Of a stretch of 16,099 bases of DNA, positions 13,845 to 16,099 are shown in pieces. Position numbers and translations under genes: made by a program. Source of the stretch: a virus (Duplodnaviria > Heunggongvirae > Uroviricota > Caudoviricetes); the IMG/VR virus record IMGVR_UViG_2802429227_000005, positions 1 through 16,099 of that record. The stretch is one strand, 5' to 3'. The notes below the pieces were generated by a model. It ran no database searches and was not told the DNA's origin. It was given only the letters and a program-made list of their open reading frames with translations. The stretch's first letter is position 1, and every line of letters starts with the position of its first letter.

Positions 13845-14203
13845 ACGAATATCAGTTTGTGCTTCCATACCCGCCGTCGGTGAATACCTACTGGCGAAGA
13901 CGAGGAAGCCAATACTACATCAGCGATAAAGGCCAGAAATACCGAAAAGACGTTCAGCAAATCATCCGCCAACTTAAGTTAGACATTTTCACCAAATCAC
14001 GACTCCGCATCAAAGTAATCGCAGACGTTCCAGACTCCCGCCGCCGCGACCTCGACAACATCCTGAAAGGTTTACTCGACTCCCTTATCCACGCCGGATT
14101 TGCGGAAGACGACGAGCAATTCGATGACATTCGCGTAATTCGTGGTGTGAAAGTACCAGGCGGACGGCTTGGAATAAAAATCACCGAACTGGAGAACGTA
14201 TGA
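13841..14203 (+). CDS. rusA: RusA Holliday-junction resolvase (120 aa)
   Basis: Similarity to E. coli RusA (LPYPPSVNTYWRRRG..., DLDNILKGLLDSLIHAGF..DDEQ against LPWPPSNNRYYRHNRG..., DLDNLQKAAFDALTKAGF..DDAQ); ATGA overlap with upstream gene. Confidence 0.85.
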   Translation: MNEYQFVLPYPPSVNTYWRRRGSQYYISDKGQKYRKDVQQIIRQLKLDIFTKSRLRIKVIADVPDSRRRDLDNILKGLLDSLIHAGFAEDDEQFDDIRVIRGVKVPGGRLGIKITELENV

Positions 14204-14388
14204 ACGCCACAATTCAAACGATACCAGAGCTTCTTATCCAGACACGAGGCAATCAGACCGAAGTGGCGAGGATGCTTTCCTGCGCAAGAGGAACAGTGCT
14301 CAAGTACAACCGAGACAGCAAAGGCGAGCGTCACGTAATAGTTAACGGCGTCCTGATGGTCACGCCAGGCAAAAAGGGAAGACGATGA
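14200..14388 (+). CDS. ninH: NinH-like small HTH protein (62 aa)
   Basis: TIPELLIQTRGNQTEVARMLSCARGTVLKYNRDSKGERHVIVNGVLMV against lambda NinH TIPDMLVEAYGNQTEVARRLKCSRGTVRKYVDDKDGKMHAIVNDVLMV. Confidence 0.7.
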   Translation: MNATIQTIPELLIQTRGNQTEVARMLSCARGTVLKYNRDSKGERHVIVNGVLMVTPGKKGRR

Positions 14389-14903
14389 GCATAAGAGAGC
14401 TAAACCTCACCAAAGAACAGCACGATTGGCTGAATGGCTGGCTTGAACTGTGGGGCGCATGGGTTTATTCAGGTCGTCTGGAAAAGCGCATGAGCAGCGT
14501 AATAGCGAAGTTCATGGAGAGCGTAGAGCCGGGAAGAGTTATGACAAGGCCAATGTGCAATGATGATGATGGAATGTTGATTTCTCAGGTCGTCGATTCT
14601 GTCATGTGCATTGACAAGAAAGCCTTTGGCATCCTCCTCAGCTACTACGCTCATGGTTCATCTAAGCGAGCAATTGCATCCTACTATCACGCGACTGCAA
14701 AGCCACGCAAGATGTGTGGACGCGGTGGCGAGGGATGGAGAAAACCTTCACTGGCAACCTGTAGAAACGAAATTGACGATATCCTGAAAGCGTCATTATT
14801 TGTTTTGTACCAACCAATGCAAAATGCTTTCAAAATGCGTAAACGTGTTGAGAAAGTTAAGCATGTTGCTGTTAAAAGCCTTGACATGCAATTAGCCATT
14901 TAG
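14385..14903 (+). CDS. Q: Late-gene antiterminator Q, non-lambda type (172 aa)
   Basis: Last gene before a PR'-like promoter and the lysis cassette; N-terminal LELWGAWV motif and Cys-rich segment resemble non-lambda Q families as I recall them; ATGA-coupled to ninH. Confidence 0.55.
   Translation: MSIRELNLTKEQHDWLNGWLELWGAWVYSGRLEKRMSSVIAKFMESVEPGRVMTRPMCNDDDGMLISQVVDSVMCIDKKAFGILLSYYAHGSSKRAIASYYHATAKPRKMCGRGGEGWRKPSLATCRNEIDDILKASLFVLYQPMQNAFKMRKRVEKVKHVAVKSLDMQLAI
14678..14710 (-). promoter_or_regulatory. paQ-like CII-dependent antisense promoter inside Q: TTGC-N6-TTGC (14697..14710) then 13 nt then -10 TAGGAT (14678..14683)
   Basis: Minus strand TTGCGTGGCTTTGC-AGTCGCGTGATAG-TAGGAT; identical spacing architecture to the pRE-like site at 8779..8811. 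Confidence 0.45.
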
Positions 14904-14910
14904 CCATAAT
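14881..14910 (+). promoter_or_regulatory. PR' late promoter candidate (-35 TTGACA at 14881..14886, 18-bp spacer, -10 CATAAT at 14905..14910); qut expected to overlap
   Basis: Consensus-like hexamers overlapping the Q stop codon; oriented toward S/R. Confidence 0.45.
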
Positions 14911-14920
14911 TAGAGGGTAA

Positions 14921-14962
14921 GCTGCCATTAGTGACTCTTAAGTTGCAACGGTGGCTTTTTTT
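14921..14962 (+). terminator. tR'-like terminator candidate: weak hairpin followed by a T7 run (14956..14962)
   Basis: GCCATT...GGTGGC imperfect stem (includes G-U pairs) then TTTTTTT; lies about 45 nt downstream of the predicted PR' start. The hairpin is weak. Confidence 0.3.
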
Positions 14963-15382
14963 GTTTGCACAACAGGTAAGAGCATTGAACCCTCAGACCT
15001 CGCGGAATTGGTGAAAGGTGCCGCGCAGTGCTCTTATCGTTGTGGTGAATGCACAGGCTGATGTGTAAGGGCAAGAATCTTTCGCTGGATTCGGTGTGGC
15101 CACGTAGCCCGCTGTAGGCAGTTGCAGCAAACCGGAGATCAGCACCGGTCGCCACAATCCAAACTGAGCCGTAGCCACTGGCTATCCTGAACTCATCAGT
15201 GATAGTTATGCTGCGGCCTTCTACATATGACCTTCGTGAAAGCGGGTGGCAAGAGGCTGCGCTAACAACCTCATGCCGTTTTGCCCGTGCATATCGGTCA
15301 CGAACAAATCTGATTACTAAACACAGTAGCCTGGATTTGTTCTATCAGTAATCGACCTTATTCCTAATTAAATAGAGCAAAT

Positions 15383-15396
15383 CCCCTTATTGGGGG
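15383..15396 (+). promoter_or_regulatory. sdi-like stem-loop (CCCC-TTATT-GGGG) immediately upstream of the dual start of S
   Basis: Hairpin overlapping the Shine-Dalgarno for the Met1/Met3 starts (ATGAAGATG at 15403..15411), as in lambda S translational control. Confidence 0.5.
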
Positions 15397-15402
15397 TAAG
15401 AC

Positions 15403-15726
15403 ATGAAGATGCCAGAAAAACATGACCTGTTAGCTGCCATTCTCGCGGCAAAGGAACAAGGCATCGGGGCAATCCTTGCGTTTGCAATGGCGTACCTTCG
15501 CGGCAGATATAATGGCGGTGCGTTTACAAAAACAGTAATCGACGCAACGATGTGCGCCATTATCGCCTGGTTCATTCGTGACCTTCTCGACTTCGCCGGA
15601 CTAAGTAGCAATCTCGCTTATATAACGAGCGTGTTTATCGGCTACATCGGTACTGACTCGATTGGTTCGCTTATCAAACGCTTCGCTGCTAAAAAAGCCG
15701 GAGTAGAAGATGGTGGAAATCAATAA
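15403..15726 (+). CDS. S: Holin S, lambda type, with dual start (S107 antiholin / S105 holin; 107 aa)
   Basis: Translation [107 protein letters not shown] is essentially lambda S as I recall it. Confidence 0.9.
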   Translation: MKMPEKHDLLAAILAAKEQGIGAILAFAMAYLRGRYNGGAFTKTVIDATMCAIIAWFIRDLLDFAGLSSNLAYITSVFIGYIGTDSIGSLIKRFAAKKAGVEDGGNQ

Positions 15727-16045
15727 TCAACGTAAGGCGTTCCTCGATATGCTGGCGTGGTCAGAGGGAACTGATAACGGACGACAGAAAACCAGAAATC
15801 ATGGTTATGACGTCATTGTAGGCGGAGAGCTATTCACTGATTACTCAGATCACCCTCGCAAACTTGTCACGCTAAACCCAAAACTCAAATCAACAGCAGC
15901 CGGGCGCTATCAGCTTCTTTCCCGTTGGTGGGATGCCTATCGTAAGCAGCTTGGCCTGAAAGACTTCTCTCCGAAAAGCCAGGACGCTGTGGCACTGCAA
16001 CAGATTAAAGAGCGTGGCGCTTTACCGATGATTGATCGCGGTGAT
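15710..16045 (+). pseudogene. R: Endolysin R (lambda-type lytic transglycosylase) truncated after codon 112 by an IS2 insertion
   Basis: Translation [42 protein letters not shown]...IKERGALPMIDRGD matches lambda R, then at 16046 the frame runs into IS2 terminal sequence (WICPYISRHLL...) instead of continuing as lambda R does. Confidence 0.85.
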
Positions 16046-16099
16046 TGGATTTGCCCCTATATTTCCAGACATCTGTTATCACTTAACCCATTACAAGCC
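16046..16099 (-). mobile_element. IS2 right end (inverted repeat plus the 3' end of the transposase ORF), partial, cut by the window edge
   Basis: TGGATTTGCCCCTATATTTCCAGACATCTGTTATCACTTAACCCATTACAAGCC is the reverse complement of the IS2 right terminus as I recall it; minus strand 16057..16099 encodes ...ACNGLSDNRCLEI-stop, the transposase C-terminus. Confidence 0.8.

Noticed and set aside
13153-14334. ORFs 13153..13344, 13329..13520, 13563..13868, 13778..13972 and 13954..14334
   Set aside because: All lie antisense or out of frame within the antirepressor, YbcO-like, rusA and ninH genes, which form a translationally coupled plus-strand operon.
14469-14899. Minus-strand ORFs 14469..14654 and 14687..14899 inside Q
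   Set aside because: No ribosome-binding site and low-complexity translations. The paQ-like promoter would produce antisense RNA here, but I see no evidence that it encodes a protein.
14928-15178. Minus-strand ORFs 14928..15155 and 14993..15178 in the Q-S intergenic region
   Set aside because: They sit in the late leader region, which looks like regulatory RNA; no ribosome-binding sites; overlapping each other.
14963-15400. Possible tRNA gene between Q and S, as in some Stx-type lambdoid phages
   Set aside because: I looked for a T-arm (GGTTCGAnTCC-like with a flanking 5-bp stem) and a cloverleaf on both strands and found none; the GC-rich sequence is better explained as a structured late leader.
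15387-15611. Minus-strand ORF 15387..15611
   Set aside because: Antisense within the holin gene S, which is essentially identical to lambda S.
1-16099. CRISPR array or other long tandem repeat
   Set aside because: No regularly spaced direct repeats of 25-40 bp were seen; the only repeats are short iterons, operators and terminator cassettes.

Overview
This window looks like most of the early/regulatory region of a mosaic lambdoid prophage from an Enterobacteriaceae (E. coli-like) host, running from an excisionase-like gene at the left edge to the lysis genes at the right edge. All calls rest on reading the six-frame translations and the DNA by eye, plus recalled protein families; no searches were run. 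Leftward (minus strand) arm: a moron-like cluster of small genes with their own terminators, a translationally coupled operon of unknown early-left proteins (one with a DUF551-like C-terminus), a RecT-family recombinase with a Gp157-like partner, then Kil-position and CIII-like small genes, an interrupted ral-like gene, an orf28-like ORF, sieB-like on the opposite strand, and a phage-21-type N with nutL. Immunity region: P22-type c2 repressor and cro flanking three operators, then nutR, a CII-like c1 gene, and signals for a pRE-like promoter and an OOP-like antisense RNA. Rightward arm: O-like initiator with internal iterons, DnaB-like helicase, a terminator, a nin region (ninB, ninE, ninF, Rha/antirepressor, YbcO-like, rusA, ninH), a non-lambda Q with PR', then lambda-type S holin and an R endolysin cut short by the inverted-repeat end of an IS2 element at the window edge. 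No CRISPR array, tRNA or rRNA was recognised. The most notable observations are the IS2-disrupted endolysin, the in-frame TGA inside ral, the pRE-like, paQ-like and OOP-like CII-circuit signals, a RecT module with no exonuclease, and several uncharacterised small-gene cassettes that could be accessory or anti-host functions.
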